This document shows, in pieces, positions 46,506 through 56,597 of a DNA stretch of 64,000 bases. Source of the DNA: a bacterium (GTDB taxonomy: Bacteria > Krumholzibacteriota > Krumholzibacteriia > LZORAL124-64-63); assembly GCA_016706845.1 (NCBI GenBank), contig JADJIV010000002.1:176367-240366 (forward strand), read 5' to 3'. Numbering within the stretch: position 1 is the first letter of the stretch; every line of letters begins with the position of its first letter. Below the pieces are notes generated by a model that had not been told where the DNA came from, did not search any database, and saw nothing but the letters and a program-made list of their open reading frames with translations. A program made the translations under genes and the position numbers.

Positions 46506-47762
46506 ATGCGGGTGACGCTGCTGACACCCTACCTCCCCCACGAAGCGATCGGACACGGCGGCGGCGTCGCCGTGCGCGGCATGGCGCGGGCGCTCGCGAG
46601 GCGGCACGAGGTCACGCTGGTCGCCCTCGAGCGCCCCGGCGAAGCCGGCCTCGCCGCCCCGACGGCGGCATCCCTCGGCTGCCGCGTGGTGACGGTGCCG
46701 TTCCTGGCGGCCGGCGCCGCCTCCCCCGCCGCGCGCCTGCGCCTGGCCGCCAACCGCCTCGGCGCGGTGGTGCGCAGCCTGCAGCACGGCTACCCCTATT
46801 ACGTCGAGAAGTACCGTACAGCGACCCTCTCCGCGGCCGTCGTCGAAGCCGTGGCGGCCAGCGCCCCCGAGGCCGTGCAGTGCGAGTACCTGCAGACCGC
46901 GCTGCTGCTGCGGGACCTGGCGGCCTGGCGCGACCGGGAATCGGCGGCGGGGCGGCCCGCGCCCCGCGTCTTCATGAGCAGCCACGAGATGGGCTCCCTG
47001 CCCCGCGAACGCCGTGCGGCCCGGCCCGCAACCCGCTGCGCAAATGGCTCTTGCAAGAGCCAGGCCGCCGCCTGGCGCCGCCTGCAGGCCGACGCCTCAC
47101 GCTGGGCCGACGCGGTCTTCTGCGTCACCGACCAGGACCGCGATCTGCTCGCCGCCTGCGGCGGCCGCGGCGGCGTGACCATCCCCCTGGGCGTCGACAC
47201 GGACGCGACCCGCGCCGTCTGGCGGCCCGACGGCCCGCCCAAGTTGCTGTTCGTGGGCAGCTTCGGCCACGCGCCCAACCGGTCTGCTGCGGAATTTCTC
47301 GTTGACAAGGTCTGGCCCCGCATCGCCCAATGTGACCGCAATATGAGCCTGGTGCTCGCCGGCGGCGGCCCCGCGCCGTTCCTGGCATCGCTGGTCGCAC
47401 GCGGCCCCCGCGTCTCGGCTCCCGGGTTCGTGCAGGATCTCGACGCCCTCTACCGCGACAGCCGCCTGATGGCAGCGCCTCTGACCGAGGGCGGAGGCAT
47501 CAAGATCAAGATCCTGGAGGCCATGGCCGCCGGGATCCCGGTGGTGACCACCCCGATCGGCGCCGAAGGCATCGTCGGCGACGAGGACCGCGCCCTGTGG
47601 CTGGCCGATCCCGACGAGAGTTTCGTCGGGGCGGTCCAGGCGGCACTGGCCGACCCCGCTGAAGCGGCGGCCCGTGCGGCGCGCGCGCGGCGGCTCATCG
47701 AGGAGCGCTTCAGCTGGGCCGCGATCGTCGACCGGCTGACCGCGCAGTACGAGGGGAGGTGA
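46506..47762 (+). CDS. Glycosyltransferase family 4 (GT1-fold, GT-B)
   Basis: HGGGVAVRGMARAL in the N-terminal half. C-terminal GT4 motifs LLFVGSFGHAPN and EGGGIKIKILEAMAAGIPVVTT. The central stretch (about 47030-47080) reads oddly and may hold an indel. Confidence 0.75.
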   Translation: MRVTLLTPYLPHEAIGHGGGVAVRGMARALARRHEVTLVALERPGEAGLAAPTAASLGCRVVTVPFLAAGAASPAARLRLAANRLGAVVRSLQHGYPYYVEKYRTATLSAAVVEAVAASAPEAVQCEYLQTALLLRDLAAWRDRESAAGRPAPRVFMSSHEMGSLPRERRAARPATRCANGSCKSQAAAWRRLQADASRWADAVFCVTDQDRDLLAACGGRGGVTIPLGVDTDATRAVWRPDGPPKLLFVGSFGHAPNRSAAEFLVDKVWPRIAQCDRNMSLVLAGGGPAPFLASLVARGPRVSAPGFVQDLDALYRDSRLMAAPLTEGGGIKIKILEAMAAGIPVVTTPIGAEGIVGDEDRALWLADPDESFVGAVQAALADPAEAAARAARARRLIEERFSWAAIVDRLTAQYEGR

Positions 47763-47875
47763 TGTCGATCGTCGACCCGGCGCCGCCCCGCGACGCCGCG
47801 GCACGAGATCGATGGATCCGCGTCTTCCATGTCCCTGGTTGTCCCAGGTAGTGCCCTTTCACGGAGGAAAGTGAC

Positions 47876-49075
47876 ATGCTGAAAAGACTTTTGATCCTGG
47901 TGGTCGTCCTCGCCGTCCTGATCGGCGTGGGTCTGGCCGCGAGCGCGCAAGCCGGCGACTTCACCGGTTCGATGTGGTACCGGTGGGAAGGCATGGAGAA
48001 CCTCGACCAGGACGGCGACGCCGACGACGCCAGTTCCTACTCCCACCTGCGTTCCCGCATCGCCTTCGCCGGCGACGTCAACGAGAACGCCGACTACAAC
48101 CTGACGGTCGAGAACTACCGCGTGCTCGGCGACGCCACCAGCGACGCGAACTCGGTCTACCAGGCCACCTTCACGATGCGCGACTTCCTGGTCGCCGACC
48201 TCGACGTCACCCTGGGCCGCATGCCGGTCGCCTACGGCCGCGAGCGCGTGATCGGCGTCGAGGACTGGGACCTGGCGACGAACATCCTGTTCGACGGCGC
48301 CCACGGCCGCTACAACTTCGAGAGCGGCTGGCTGGACTACTTCAACTTCAAGCTGCAGGAGACCTACGGCAGCAAGTACGCCTCCGGCTCCGGCGACGAC
48401 AACATCACCGGCCTCTACATGCACTACGACGCCAGCGAGAAGTTCTGGTTCGAGCCCTACGCCATGATGATGACCCACGAGAACTGGGCCGACCCCGACG
48501 TCGACAACGACCGGCGGATGATGTTCGGCGGCCTCGTGGACTACGTGAGCAACGGCCTGCACTTCTACGGCGAAGCCGTGTTCCAGACCGGCACGACCTA
48601 CCTGCCGGAGCGCGACGTGTCAGCGCTGGGCTGGTACACGGGCCTGTTCTACGACTTCGACAGCACGTTCGAGCCGTTCATCGGCTTCGAGTACAACTTC
48701 GCCAGCGGCGACGACGCCGCGACGCCCGAGAACGAGGCTTTCTTCTCGCCCTACGGTTCGCAGAGCGAGTACCTGGGCATCATGAACGTGCAGGACTGGA
48801 GCAACATCACGGCCATGCGCTTCGCCGGCGGCTTCACCCCCGTCGAGAGCCTCGACGTCTCGGCCGACTTCTTCCTGTTCACGGAAGACCAGGACACCGG
48901 CGTCGACGACGCGATCGGCAGCGAACTGGACATCAAGCTGAACTACATGCTCAACGCTGACGTGGACCTCGAGGGCGGGCTGGGCATGTTCACGTACGAG
49001 GATACGGCGGATCTCTACCTGGCTCCCGGGGACGCCGAGTACTTCGTCTGGGCCGGCGCCCACCTGTTCTTCTAG
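47876..49075 (+). CDS. Outer-membrane beta-barrel of the alginate-export (AlgE-like) family
   Basis: Signal peptide MLKRLLILVVVLAVLIGVGLAASAQA. Alternating amphipathic beta-strands rich in Y/F/D/N. C-terminal ...AGAHLFF. Confidence 0.55.
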   Translation: MLKRLLILVVVLAVLIGVGLAASAQAGDFTGSMWYRWEGMENLDQDGDADDASSYSHLRSRIAFAGDVNENADYNLTVENYRVLGDATSDANSVYQATFTMRDFLVADLDVTLGRMPVAYGRERVIGVEDWDLATNILFDGAHGRYNFESGWLDYFNFKLQETYGSKYASGSGDDNITGLYMHYDASEKFWFEPYAMMMTHENWADPDVDNDRRMMFGGLVDYVSNGLHFYGEAVFQTGTTYLPERDVSALGWYTGLFYDFDSTFEPFIGFEYNFASGDDAATPENEAFFSPYGSQSEYLGIMNVQDWSNITAMRFAGGFTPVESLDVSADFFLFTEDQDTGVDDAIGSELDIKLNYMLNADVDLEGGLGMFTYEDTADLYLAPGDAEYFVWAGAHLFF

Positions 49076-49186
49076 GGTTCCGACCCCGTCATCGTCCCTG
49101 ACAGAGGCGAGGCCCCGCGGCCTCGCCTCTGCCGTTCCCTCCCCGGCGCGGCAATCCGGGCGCCGAGGACATTTTCGGGGCCGGGG

Positions 49187-49815
49187 CTAGCGGGTCACGT
49201 CGTTGAGTTTGCGGACCTGCTGGGTTGTCAGGCGGACGGCTCCGCCCAGTTTCTCCGCATCCAACGCCACCTCCGCCACCCTTTCCACCACTTCCAGTCG
49301 CCGGTACGCCTCCTCCAGGGTGCCGCCGACCGTCACGACACCGTGGTTCGACATCAGGATGGCCTGGTGGCGCGCGATGAGGGGGCGGATCGAGGCGGCC
49401 ACCTCGGCGGTGCCGGGGGTGGCGTAGGGCGCCAGGGGGATCTCGCCGCCGAGCAGCAGCACGGCTTCGGGCAGGATCGACGCGGGCAGGTCGCGGCGGG
49501 CGCAGGCGAAGGCGGTCGCGCGCGGCGGGTGGGCGTGGCAGATGGCGGCCACGTCGGGACGCAGGCGGTAGATCTCGGCGTGCAGCGGCCACTCCGAACT
49601 GGGACGGCCCGGGCCCTGGGGGCGGCCGTCGCCATCGACTTCGACGAGGTCGTCGCGGTCGAGTTCGCCCTTGTTCGCGCCGGCCGGCGTCACCAGGAAG
49701 CGCCCGGGGGCGAGCCGCGCCGAGAGGTTCCCCTCCCCGGCCACCACGTAGCGACGCTCGTAAAGCAGACGCCCGACCCGGACGATTTCGTCGGCGGGTC
49801 GGGCGTTGCGGGGCA
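49187..49815 (-). CDS. Class II aldolase/adducin-family protein (FucA / MTRu-1-P dehydratase-like)
   Basis: GEGNLSAR..., FLVTPAGANKGEL, HAEIY and AICHAHPPRATAF, with metal-binding His residues. Confidence 0.75.
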
Positions 49816-49824
49816 TCGAACGCT

Positions 49825-51212
49825 CTACCAGTTGCTGAACAGGTAGAGGTGGGTCATCACACCCTCGAAGAATTCGAGCTGCTCGCGCTGCTGGTCGGCG
49901 AGGGCTTCGACCTGGATCGCGGTGAACTCCGGGTTCGCCTCCGCGATGCTGTCGTAGGCCGCGCTCCAGAGGGCGTCCAGCATCTCGGTCGGGAAGCCGA
50001 CGCTGCTCGTCAGCATGATCTCGTCGGGGGTGCGTCCGGTGTAGAAGGCGCCCTGGTCGTCGGAACGCGTGAAGAACAGGAGGCGGGGATCGAGGCTGCC
50101 GTCGGCCGGGATCCGCCAGATGTTGCGCTCGTTCAGCGTGATCGTCGGCACGCGGCGGTCCGGACACGAAGATGATCGAAGTGCCGTCGGGGCTGTAGGA
50201 GGGCTCCATGTTGCGGACGATGAAGTTGCTGCCCGACGGGGGCGGCGAGGTCGTCAGGCGCGTGAGCCCGCGGTCCAGCACGACCCCGCCTTCGGCGGCC
50301 AGGCCGGTGGTGTCGAAGTCCACGGTGAACAGCTCGCGGGTGGTGAAGTCGTTCGCGTTCGCGATGTCGAGGGTGGCCGAGAAGACGATCTTGCGGCCGT
50401 CCCGGGGACCAGGACGGGGAATCGCAGATGGACACCTCGCGGGTGATCGGGAACGCCACCTGGCTGAGCTGGCCAGCCGCGGGGACCTCGCAGACCCAGA
50501 GCGCCTGGTCCGTGGCCAGGGACAGGGAGTCGGCATCCGCGTGGCCGTAGCGCGAGAAGGCGATCCAGCGCCCGTTCGGCGAAACGCTGGGCGACATGTG
50601 CTCCCAGTACTTCCAGCCGAGGACCCGGTCGTCGTCGGGTTCGCGCAGCAGGAGCGTGATGTCCAGATCCTGGCCGTGGACGAAGTTGGGCGGGATTCTC
50701 GCCTGGAACAGCCTCGCTCCCATCGGCGTCTCCATCCAGAAGACGATGTCGTCGTCGTTGAGCCAGCGGGGCGTACCCTTCTGGTAATCGCGATTCGGCT
50801 GCAGCGTCTGCAAGGCGTTGCCGATGAGCATGCGGTAATTGTTCATCAGGACCAGGGCGGCTCCCTGCTGGCGCAGGTTGAGCTTCGGCCGGTCCTGCAC
50901 CTGCAGCGGGATGACCGCCAGCTGGCGGATCAGCGGCGGCACGTCGGGCGGCTGCCCCGGAGGAGTGATCGCCAGCCAATCGATGGTGAACACCAGACGG
51001 GTGCCGTCGGGAGAGAGATCCGGCTCGAGGTACTGGTAGCCGTCCGACGACGTGTCCGAGGTGACCATCACCAGATTCCCGGTGCTGTGGTTGCCGGAGA
51101 TATCCAGAGTTTCCGAGACTTCCGGCTCCAGGGAGCAGCCGAGGGCCAGCAGCGCGGCGGCTGCGGCCACGGCGACGATCGAGCCGGCGCGCGGATCCAG
51201 CTTCTTCATCAA
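49825..51212 (-). CDS. TolB-like beta-propeller lipoprotein (WD40-like/PD40 repeats) with two frame disruptions (about 50400 and about 50160)
   Basis: Lipoprotein signal LLALGCS. PD40-like blades PDLSPDGTRLVF, SVSPNGRWIAFSRYG, CDSPSWSPG, and in shifted frames PSYSPDGTSIIFVSGPP and NIWRIPADGS. Confidence 0.6.
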
Positions 51213-51333
51213 GATCTCGACCTCCCCAAATCCGGCACGGCCGCGGCCGCATCCGGCCCCGGCAGGAGCCGCGACGCGGCGCTAAGGCATGGCACGATAC
51301 TCAGTTCAAAGTAAGGGCAAGCGGCGCCTGAAA

Positions 51334-52470
51334 TCAACCGGGACTTGACCCGAGACGGGCCGGCGGGCCGGATTCCGCCGGCGGCTGGTCGGGGTCCCGG
51401 GCCGGGTCCAGGGCCAGGACCCGCGCCCATTCCCGCTCCGCCTCGTCGGTGCGGCCCAATCGCCTCAGCAGGAGCACGCGATTGTGGCGCAAGCCGGCAT
51501 CGTCGGGCGCCAGGGTGATGGCCTGGTCGATGAGCAGCAGCCCCTCATGGTCGCGGTGGGTCCCGATGCACACCAGGGCGGCCTGGGACCACACCAGGGG
51601 ATCGCGCGGGAGCCGGGCGCCGCCATCCCCCAGGGACAGGGCCAGGGAGACGGCGTGATCGGGGTCCCCGAGCGCGGCGTCGGCCTCCAGCAGGATCCTC
51701 AGGCCCTGGTCGTCCAGGTCCTCGCGCCAGCGCGGCGCCAGCAGGAGCCGGGCCGCCTCGGGTTGCCCGGCGCGCAGACGCGCGAAGGCCAGCAGCTGGT
51801 CGGTCTGGGGCGTCGGCACCAGGACGTGGAGTCGCTCGAGGTCCGGGAGCGCGGCGGTAGGATCGCCGCCGGCGAGTTGGTAGCGCACCCGTGCCCGCAA
51901 AAGGCGGGGGTCGTCCGGGCCGCAGGATGCCGCGGCGGTTGCCAGCGTCGCCGACGCTTCGCGGCGCTGCCCGTAATCGACCAGGACGTGTGCGTACTCG
52001 ATGCGCACGGCGCAGTCCGTCGGGTCGAGATCGCAGGCCAGGCCGTACTCCGCGGTCGCGCGGCCGCGGCGGTCGAGGGCGACCAGCAGCGTGGCCAGGT
52101 TGCGGTGGTTGATCGCTTCCGAGGGCCCCCACAGCACGGCCTGCTCCAGGTGGACCAGGGCCGCGTCCAGGCGGCCCAGCCGCTGCAGGGCGAGACCCGC
52201 GCGCTGGTGCAGGCGCCAGAGCAGGTCCTCGTCCACGCCGTCGTCGCCCAGCACGGCCTCGGCACGGACGGCGGCGGCTTCCCACTCTCCGGCCGCCGCC
52301 AGCGAATCGACGGCTGCCAGGCCGCGCTGGTGCCGCGCGCGGGGCGCCTCGCCGCGCAGGGGGCCGGCCCAGGCGGCGGACGCGAGGGAGGCACAGAGCA
52401 GCGCCGCCAACAAATGGAGGCTGCGACTGTGGCTGGCTGTGGTCACGCAATCCTCCCCTTCATCCGTCAC
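51334..52470 (-). CDS. Secreted TPR-repeat protein
   Basis: Signal peptide LLAALLCASLASAAWA, then about 8 TPR-like helix pairs. Confidence 0.6.
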   Translation of the reverse strand: MTDEGEDCVTTASHSRSLHLLAALLCASLASAAWAGPLRGEAPRARHQRGLAAVDSLAAAGEWEAAAVRAEAVLGDDGVDEDLLWRLHQRAGLALQRLGRLDAALVHLEQAVLWGPSEAINHRNLATLLVALDRRGRATAEYGLACDLDPTDCAVRIEYAHVLVDYGQRREASATLATAAASCGPDDPRLLRARVRYQLAGGDPTAALPDLERLHVLVPTPQTDQLLAFARLRAGQPEAARLLLAPRWREDLDDQGLRILLEADAALGDPDHAVSLALSLGDGGARLPRDPLVWSQAALVCIGTHRDHEGLLLIDQAITLAPDDAGLRHNRVLLLRRLGRTDEAEREWARVLALDPARDPDQPPAESGPPARLGSSPG

Positions 52471-52582
52471 CGGATCAGGGTAATTCGGCGGGGTGGCGGG
52501 GACAACCGGCGAACGGCAGGTCGGAGATGGTCGGCGCCAGGGCCGCGGTCGTCCCCCCCGGGCCGGCCGCGACCCCGTGCGC

Positions 52583-53629
52583 TCAGCGCGCGACGGTGAC
52601 GGTGCCGCGTCCCGCGGTCCGTTGCCAGGCCAGCGCGTAGGCGTAGCGGCCGGACGCCACGCGACGGCCAGCGTCGTCGTGACCGTCCCAGGAAACCAGC
52701 AGGCGACCGTTGCGGATCTCGCCGCCGTGCACCGTGCGGACGACCTGCCCCCGCAGATCGTAGACGGTCAGCAGCGCTGCGGCGCCGTCGCCGGCCGCGT
52801 CCGCGGGCAGCGACATCGCGACGGTGGTCAGGGGGTTGCAGGGATTCGGAAATGCGGTGCAGGCGAGCGCCGCGCCGACGGCCGGTCCGCCGCGCAGGGC
52901 CTCGCTCAGGAAAGCCTCGAGCCCGTCGACCTGGTCGGGCGTAGCCAGGGAAGGGTTCTCGATGACGCCGCTGGCGGTCGCCAGGGCGCCTCCGAACAGG
53001 AACCGGATGTCCTCGGCCAGGATCTCGCGGGCGCGCTCCGCGTGCGGGGCGTCCGGGCCGTGGTTGTCGGCAGCGAGGCCGCGCAGCTCGAGGTAGCGGC
53101 TCCACAGTTCCGGGCGGCGATCGAAGCGGGCCCAGGTCAGCACGTGGCCCAGCTCGTGGACGGTCACGTCGGCCACGGTGCTCGCCGCCACGGGGCCGAA
53201 AGCCGGCGACAGCACGATCGCGCCCGCGCGCGCGAAGCTGCCGAGCACCTCGGCCGGCGGGGCGGGCAGCAGGAACACGTCGACGTCGAGATCGACCTGC
53301 AGGGCGCGCAGGTCGCCGAGTGCGTCGGCGACGACTTCCTCGGGCAGGGGCAGGAAGGCGGTGGCGTCGCGCCGGGTCAGGCGGGGGTCGTCCGGGCCCT
53401 GCAGCAATTCGATCTCGCCCAGCGCGGGATGGCGCAGCATCAACGCGCCGTTTTCCTGGACGAGGCAGCCGGCCAGATCGGCGGGAGTGTGGATCCGGAC
53501 GCGCAGGCCGCTGGGCGCCGTGAAGGAACGGCCGGCGGCATCGCCGGACCAGACGATCGCGAGCAACGCCACCAGGAGCGTCGCTCCGCGTCGGGTCAGT
53601 TCCTGGGATCCTGAGTACGTCCGGTCCAT
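52583..53629 (-). CDS. Secreted HExxH zinc-metallopeptidase-like protein with C-terminal T9SS type-A sorting (FlgD-Ig-like) domain
   Basis: Signal peptide LLVALLAIVWSGDAAG. VTVHELGHVLTW. The C-terminus reads NPCNPLTTVAMSLPADAAGDGAAALLTVYDLRGQVVRTVHGGEIRNGRLLVSWDGHDDAGRRVASGRYAYAL. Confidence 0.65.
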   Translation of the reverse strand: MDRTYSGSQELTRRGATLLVALLAIVWSGDAAGRSFTAPSGLRVRIHTPADLAGCLVQENGALMLRHPALGEIELLQGPDDPRLTRRDATAFLPLPEEVVADALGDLRALQVDLDVDVFLLPAPPAEVLGSFARAGAIVLSPAFGPVAASTVADVTVHELGHVLTWARFDRRPELWSRYLELRGLAADNHGPDAPHAERAREILAEDIRFLFGGALATASGVIENPSLATPDQVDGLEAFLSEALRGGPAVGAALACTAFPNPCNPLTTVAMSLPADAAGDGAAALLTVYDLRGQVVRTVHGGEIRNGRLLVSWDGHDDAGRRVASGRYAYALAWQRTAGRGTVTVAR

Positions 53630-53886
53630 CTTGGCCCCTTGAGATCCTTGGTCCCCCCCTATGAGACTTCGGTCCCGTGGCTGGCAGGATACCCCGCAGG
53701 GTTTGTGCCGCACGGGCTACCGCGGCGGACCACGGCCGGGAGACACCCTGATCATGCCATACAACTATCTGGAATTCAATGATTTGGATGAAACGTCGCC
53801 GAGACGGCGGCAGGCGGTGTGATCAATGAGGGAAGGTCGAAATGGGGAATTTCACGCAGTTGCTGCGGGGAAAAACCCCCTGGCGG

Positions 53887-55281
53887 TCATACGGCCGCCG
53901 GGCGATGGCGACCGCCGAAACGGCTGTCGAGGATGGCGCCGGTACCCAGGCAGTAGATGGGCAGTTGCAGGAGCACGGCCAGCAGTTCCAGAACCCTGCC
54001 GAAGCTCTCGAGCGCCGGGATCGCCGTCAGGAGTGCTCCGAGGAGCCCCGGCGACAGGATCACGGCGAGTCCGGCCGCGATGCAACCCGTCGTGTTCACG
54101 CGATCCGGGTAACGCGACGCGCAGAGCTTCCGGCCGATGCGGCCGGCCACGACCCCGAGGGCGACCAGGCCCAGGACGATGTAGGCCAGGCCCAGCATCA
54201 GGGCCAGCGGGATCCCGATGATCGTCATCGCCAGCACGGCCACCATCACCACCAGCATGAAGTGCCCCAGCACGAGCCAGGCGAGTCCGACCAGGAGGCT
54301 GCGGCCGGGTTGGGCCGAGAGGCGGAGCGTCACGGCCTCCAGGCGCCAGGCCGGCATCAGGGCGACGGTCAGGAGCGTCAAGCCGATCAGCACTCCGAGC
54401 GGCAGCAGCACCAGCAAGCCGTCCGCACCGCCGACGGCGACGCGGCTCATCCCGTTCGCGCCGCTGATGCCGCCGAACCCCACCGCGACCACGTTGCCCG
54501 CGACCTTGGCCGTCTCGTCGCGCCGCAGCGCGCCGAACACCGTGATGGCGTCCCCCTCCACCACGGCCTCGTCGGCCAGCGTCAGCGATCCGCCCACGAC
54601 GATGACGTCGCCGTCGACCTGGCCCAGGATCGTCGCGTCGCCGAGCAGGACCACCACGTTGCCGGTGACGCGCTCGTCGCTCTCGACCACGGCGTCGTTG
54701 CCGGTGCTGACGATCTCCGAGCCGATGATCCGGCGCTCGGGCGGCTCGTCGGCGAACACGTCCCAGTTGAAGGCGTGGGCCTGCTCGCGGAACTTCGAGA
54801 TCTCGGTCTGCAGGTCGAGCGAGTCGGGCAGCTCGGCCAGGATCGTCGCGGTGATGGCGCTGAGGCCCTGACTGACCTTCTCGCTCCAGTCGGCCGGGAA
54901 ATCGATCTGGATGTTGCCGCTGGGGTTCGAAACGTGGAGGCGGCGCTCGTCGATGCGGACGTCGAGATCCCGCAGCTGGGTCTCCATCTCCCGGATGACC
55001 TGCTCGAGTCCCTGCATCGCCTGGGCGACCTCGGGATCGTGCGCGGTCTTCAGCGAATCCTGAAGCGCCTCGATACGGAACAGTCGCTCGCGGATGGCGA
55101 TGCGCAGCGAGTCCTGACGGGCGGACGAGCGCGCGACGGGTGCGGGGGGGGCGACCGGAGGCTCGGCCTGCGCGCCGCACGCCGAGGCGCCCGCCAGGCC
55201 CAGCGCGAGCGCCAGGAGCAGGGTGGCCCGCAACGCGGCGTCGCGGTCAGCGCGGGATCGACCTGTGGACCGTCGCGACAT
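53887..55281 (-). CDS. Membrane protein with bactofilin-like (DUF342/polymer-forming) beta-helix repeats and C-terminal polytopic TM domain
   Basis: Signal/TM, coiled coil, then GNVVVLLGDATILGQVDGDVIVVGGSLTLADEAVVEGDAITVFG, then at least 5 TM helices. It overlaps the anti-sigma gene by 35 nt. Confidence 0.55.
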   Translation of the reverse strand: MSRRSTGRSRADRDAALRATLLLALALGLAGASACGAQAEPPVAPPAPVARSSARQDSLRIAIRERLFRIEALQDSLKTAHDPEVAQAMQGLEQVIREMETQLRDLDVRIDERRLHVSNPSGNIQIDFPADWSEKVSQGLSAITATILAELPDSLDLQTEISKFREQAHAFNWDVFADEPPERRIIGSEIVSTGNDAVVESDERVTGNVVVLLGDATILGQVDGDVIVVGGSLTLADEAVVEGDAITVFGALRRDETAKVAGNVVAVGFGGISGANGMSRVAVGGADGLLVLLPLGVLIGLTLLTVALMPAWRLEAVTLRLSAQPGRSLLVGLAWLVLGHFMLVVMVAVLAMTIIGIPLALMLGLAYIVLGLVALGVVAGRIGRKLCASRYPDRVNTTGCIAAGLAVILSPGLLGALLTAIPALESFGRVLELLAVLLQLPIYCLGTGAILDSRFGGRHRPAAV

Positions 55282-55768
55282 AGACCCTCCGGGACAGACT
55301 CTGCAAGCGGACCGACAGTTCGGGCAAGCAGCCCACCACGGCGACCGTCCAGGACGCGGCGCCGGCGGCGACGCCCGTCGCGTCGGCGGCCAGGGCGGCG
55401 GCGGCGGCGATCAGGCCGACGATCCTCACCGAGCGCGACCTCACCCACGCCGGCAGGCTGTCGTGCTCCAGCAGGACGGGCACCCGCGGGCTGCGCAGCG
55501 GCGCCATGGCGCGGTAGGTCTCGTACGGCACCGCGGCCAGGACGCGCGCGTCGAAATCGTCGGGCGCCGCGACCGGCGGCATGTGGTCCAGCCCCTCGAA
55601 GAGCGCCTGGAGAGCGGCGAGATGCCCGTGGCATTCTCCGCACTCGCGCACGTGCAGGAACACAGCCAGGGATTCCCGTTTCGGGAGAGTCTGGTCGAGG
55701 TAGTCCTGCATCTTCTCGCGCGTCAGCCGGCAATCCGGCGGCGCTGGTTGCTGCTTTCCAGCCATCAT
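55247..55768 (-). CDS. Anti-sigma factor, zf-HC2 (putative zinc-finger) family
   Basis: CRLTREKMQDYLDQTLPKRESLAVFLHVRECGECHGHL, the H-x3-C-x2-C motif. Confidence 0.7.
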   Translation of the reverse strand: MMAGKQQPAPPDCRLTREKMQDYLDQTLPKRESLAVFLHVRECGECHGHLAALQALFEGLDHMPPVAAPDDFDARVLAAVPYETYRAMAPLRSPRVPVLLEHDSLPAWVRSRSVRIVGLIAAAAALAADATGVAAGAASWTVAVVGCLPELSVRLQSLSRRVYVATVHRSIPR

Positions 55769-55929
55769 GTTCGTCCTCCAGGGTCTCCTACCCGCGGCGC
55801 CCCTGCGGGCGGTCCGTATCCCGATCAGCTGCGCCGGCTGCCCGCCGGCGGCTTGCGTTCTCGATCATGGGTAGTCCTACGGCATCCCTGGCTTCGGGTT
55901 TCACGGTTTCGGGACCTTTTCCTGCCGGA

Positions 55930-56511
55930 TCATATCTCATAGGAGCGGGCTTGCAACATCTGCTGGATCATGGCCCGGGCCCGGTGGATCCGGGCCTTGA
56001 CCGTGCCGAGAGGCAGATCCAGGACCACGGCGATGTCCTCGTACGACAGATCCTGGTCGTGCCTCAGCAGGATGATGACCTTGTAGTGCGGGGGCAGGTC
56101 CGCCACGACCTCCTCCAGACGCGCCATCGCCTCGCTGCGCTCGAGCAGCCGGTCGGGGCCGGGGCCGTCGTCGGGCAGCGGCATTTCCATGGGCTCGCCG
56201 TCCGGACCGGTGAAACCGTCCAACGACAGGAACCGCAACCTGTTGCGGCGTAGGTGGTCGATGCAGTGGTTGGTCGCGATGCGGAAGATCCAGCTCGAGA
56301 AGGCGTAGGTCTCGTCGAAACGGTCGAGCAGCGAGAAGACCTTGATGAAGACTTCCTGGGCGAGGTCACGGGCGTCTTCGGCCCGGCGCGTCATCCGGAA
56401 GCACAGCCCGTAAACAGCGTTGCGGTAACGCCCGAGGAGCTCGGCGAACGCCGCCTCCTCGCCGCGCTTGCAGCGTCGGACCAGTTTCAGGTCCTCGTTG
56501 CGGTCGAACAT
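55930..56511 (-). CDS. ECF-type RNA polymerase sigma factor (sigma-70 regions 2 and 4)
   Basis: YRNAVYGLCFRMT..AEDARDLAQEVFIKVF..., SWIFRIATNHCIDHLRR, and region 4 LSYEDIAVVLDLPLGTVKARIHRAR. Confidence 0.9.
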   Translation of the reverse strand: MFDRNEDLKLVRRCKRGEEAAFAELLGRYRNAVYGLCFRMTRRAEDARDLAQEVFIKVFSLLDRFDETYAFSSWIFRIATNHCIDHLRRNRLRFLSLDGFTGPDGEPMEMPLPDDGPGPDRLLERSEAMARLEEVVADLPPHYKVIILLRHDQDLSYEDIAVVLDLPLGTVKARIHRARAMIQQMLQARSYEI

Positions 56512-56597
56512 CCGGCTGCGCTCCCCTGTCCCGGCTGGCGTCGCGGCGAAGATAGGGGGAGCATCGCCCCATGGTCAACCAGATCCCCCGCGGCGGG

